Source of the DNA: Pristiophorus japonicus
Taxonomy: Eukaryota
Assembly: GCF_044704955.1 (NCBI RefSeq)
Contig: NC_091979.1
Coordinates: 318,618,001 to 318,682,000, forward strand
Direction of reading: 5' to 3'
DNA length: 64,000 nt
Both the position numbers and the translations under genes were made by a program. Shown one piece after another: positions 60,857-64,000 of the stretch; positions within the stretch are counted from its first letter, which is position 1, and every line of letters begins with the position of its first letter. The notes beneath the pieces are model-generated. The model ran no database searches, was not told where the DNA came from, and was given only the letters and a program-made list of their open reading frames with translations.

Positions 60857-63800
60857 GGCCAGATTTTCCACTGTTTTTGCATGCATAACGCCCACTTAAT
60901 GCCCATTTCACTGCTGAAATGACGTATAACGCCCATATATCGCCCACTTAGCCACAAAGTGGAAACTGACGGGCATTTTTGGACACTTGTCGCCGAGCAT
61001 TACTTTCCCCATGTGCGTAACACCGGGAAAAAATAATACCGACCGCCCAACTTTTTTTGGGCGGAATCATCAGAATGGGCGAAATCAACGGCCACAATAT
61101 CGGCCAGCGGTAGTTTCCGCATGTAATTAACGCCGAGATTCAATAATACCGCCCGCCCATCTTTTTTTGTCGTAAAGATCACATTTGCCAAAAATAACGG
61201 GCAGGAGATCACCCAGCGTGACTTTCACCACCTCGCACACATCTCGCCCACAATATCGTTCACCCAAAACACCGCTCAGAAAAAGTGCAACTCTTCTGAC
61301 CGAATGACAGCGGTGTGGACGCCATTTTTTAAATCGCAGATCGTTTCATTCAAAAGGCTGCTTCAACTTCGGGGGAGTTTGCATTGACTCTGGAGTTCTT
61401 CTCAGGTGAAGTGACCATCTCAACAGATATATTTTCAGACTCTGGACTATTGGGGGTTTAGTGTAGGTGTATTTTAGTGAGGAAATTATTGTTTCTGATC
61501 AATCACTATTATACTTTCATTGCAATGGGGCCAGCCATTTTTCAGCCTGCATCGATTAATACGCAGCTGCTGCAGAGTGCAGATGGCTCATTGTGTCCCC
61601 AATTTAACACATGCAAGAATGAGGAGGAGGTCCAGACCATACACACCCCACACTTACAGGTAAAAGAGGTTTTACCTCGACATGTCCGAGCACACCTGCC
61701 TTCGGAGAATGCACTTCCACAAGGTGGTGATCAATGAAATATGTGAGCTCATCAGGCCACATATGTAGCCTGCCATCAGGACATCAGTGTCGGTCGAGGT
61801 CAAGGTCACCGCGACACTATCTTTCTACGTGTCCGGTTCCTTTCGGGACTTCGCGGTCGAGATTTCCCTTCTATCTCACCATGCCAACCATCGCTGCATT
61901 AGATAGGTCACAGAGGCCCTGTACGCATGAAGGATGGACTTTATCAGCTTCTTCATGACCATGGAGGCTCGGACTGACAGGGCTGGAGCATTCTACCTCA
62001 TTGCTAACTTCCCCAGGGTGCAGGGAGCAATACAGTGCACTCACATTTCCATGCGGCCACCTTCTCAGGACCCAGAGATTTTTCAGAACAGAAAAGGATT
62101 TCACTCCCTGAAGGTCCAACTAGTTGTCGACCACAACCAGATCATAATGGCAGTGAATGCCAAATGTCCGGGCAGCTTCGATCAGGCTCACACCCTGCGT
62201 GAGAGCGCTGTCTCTGACATCTTTAAGAGTCAGCCACAAGGATAATGTTGGATGCTTGGTGATAACTGATATGGCCTCATCACCTGGCTGATGATCCCCC
62301 TGGTGACACCCACACCGAGGCCGAGAAGTGATACAACCAGACCCACAGAGACACATGCAATGTGGTCCAGAAAACAATAACTGTGCTTAAACAGCGCTTC
62401 AGATGCCTGGACCACTCAGGAGGGGAGCTACAATCCAACACTGAGCAAGTAGGTAAATTTGTGGTCGTGTGCTCCATGCTGCACAACCTGGCTATCAGGA
62501 GGGGACAAGAATTGCCAGAAGGGACTGATGCTCCACCTCAGGAGAGAGAGGAAGAGGACGAACAAGGGGCTGGACGATGGCCTAGGGCCAGACAATCAGG
62601 CTGACTATGCAACCATGCCCACGACCCCCTCCAGACCGCAGGAAAGGGCCCATGGTGGCTACAAAGCTGCAAGACTCTTATGTGAAGAGCTGATATCTGA
62701 ACGATTTGCCTGAGAGAACGTTGCTGTAAGTGACAACGCTGACACACTGCTGTGTGTGTGCAGCTCAGACATCAATGGTGGCCATTACCTTGGTGCCAGT
62801 TAAAGTTTACTTTGATTGAATTAAGTTTTATTTAACCCTTTCATGTTAAGGAATCACCAGTGTGTAACAGTCCAGCTATCTGAGACAATGCGCAACAAGG
62901 TTATGTTCAATAAAAAAATGTTTTTCCAACATTGGCCTGAAATCTTAAGTATCTTGGGCAAAAACACCCCATCCCCGCCCACACCCCACTTTTTTCACCA
63001 TTGACATCAATCAAATATTCAACATGTCCAGCAACACAGAATACAAAGGCAAAGCAGGAGGGTGGTCCCCTCCCCCCATACATTACAACAAATTGCATAC
63101 ACCCAGATGGAGATATAACACAGTCATCACCTGCGGACATGCACCTCACTTTCCTTCCCACCTCCCCTTCTTCTCCCCACCTCTACCCCTTCCCCTCCTC
63201 GCTCCATGCCGCCTGGCCGAAGAGCTCCTCAGGCAGTGCCTCATTGCGGGGGGTATGAAGGCAGAGACGGTGGTTGCATGGGTACGGGAGCAGGGGGTGC
63301 CGAGGGGGGAAGATTCTCTGATCCAGAAGCAGGATCTTGGTCCTGCCTCTCATCTGTCGTTCACAGTGGTGGTGCGGAACCGAGGGATGGAGTGCCACTC
63401 TCGGGGACCACTGGGAGGCCTGTGCCAGCAGTGTTCCTGGCTATCTCCTCCAGGGCCTCTGCCATCCATGGAACGTACTCAGTCATGGTGGCCAGCTGTC
63501 GGGATATGCCCCCCAATGCATCAAGGAGCTGGTCATCAATGTTTACAGTCCTCCTGGACAAGTCTACCATCTCTCCGCTCTCATGTCGCACTCGTGGACC
63601 AGACCTGCCGTGTCCACGAAACCTCCGCGGGGTGGGCGCCGTCCTGAGGACAAATGGGGTGCCCTGTGGCCAGGTGCTTGGAGCCGGTACCTCCAGAGTG
63701 GAGGCGGGAATGACCGGAGTAGCACGAGATGGCCTTGGGGTGGAATGGCTTCTGGAGCGTGGTGATGCAGGTTCCTCGAAGTCCGCGCTCTCATCTGTAG

Positions 63801-64000
63801 AGAAGAGACCCAGCGGATTGCCGGGCGAGAATCGGACCTCCTCAGCAGATGTAGGATCGTCTGGTGAGTCTGGCCCCGCGCCCCCACCTTTTGGCCTCTG
63901 TGGTCTTGCCTGGTGTTGTGCTGCTGGCTGATCTGCAAAACACAAATGAGGTTATTCGAGGAGAAGGGGGTGCTAGGGTCACAAGGTGATTACAGCGCTA
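60857..64000. mobile_element. PIF/Harbinger transposon, left part (transposase on +, Myb gene 3' exon on -), continuing off the right edge
   Basis: TIR-like gggccagattttcc at 60857; convergent two-gene layout as in 32717-40781. Confidence 0.85.
61525..62713 (+). pseudogene. Harbinger (HARBI1-like) transposase, degenerate
   Basis: FYLIANFPRVQGAIQCTHI..NRKGFHSLKVQLVVD..KQRFRCLDHSGG..VVCSMLHNLAI, with stops and frameshifts. Confidence 0.9.

Overview
This is repeat-dense vertebrate genomic DNA, almost certainly from a cartilaginous fish (shark-type MHC class I and IFIT sequences; CR1 LINEs with an esterase ORF1; many Harbinger elements). The one intact host gene is an intronless MHC class I heavy chain on the minus strand (6255-5188, 355 aa). 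It keeps the full classical peptide-anchoring residue set and has its own promoter: an X box and Y box 20 bp apart, then CCAAT and a TATA-like element. An AUG-free 40-bp minisatellite occupies its presumed 5' UTR, and the same G-quadruplex-type 30-bp minisatellite brackets the gene on both sides. Divergent to it lies an IFIT exon-2 pseudogene split by nested CR1 LINEs. The rest is transposon material: a decayed PPPY-bearing Gag-like ORF, CR1 and L2 LINEs, Penelope, Gypsy LTR elements, full-length Harbinger and hAT elements with TIRs and TSDs, and MITEs. Several minisatellites sit inside DNA transposons, and there is one 214-N assembly gap. All calls come from manual reading; no database searches were run.
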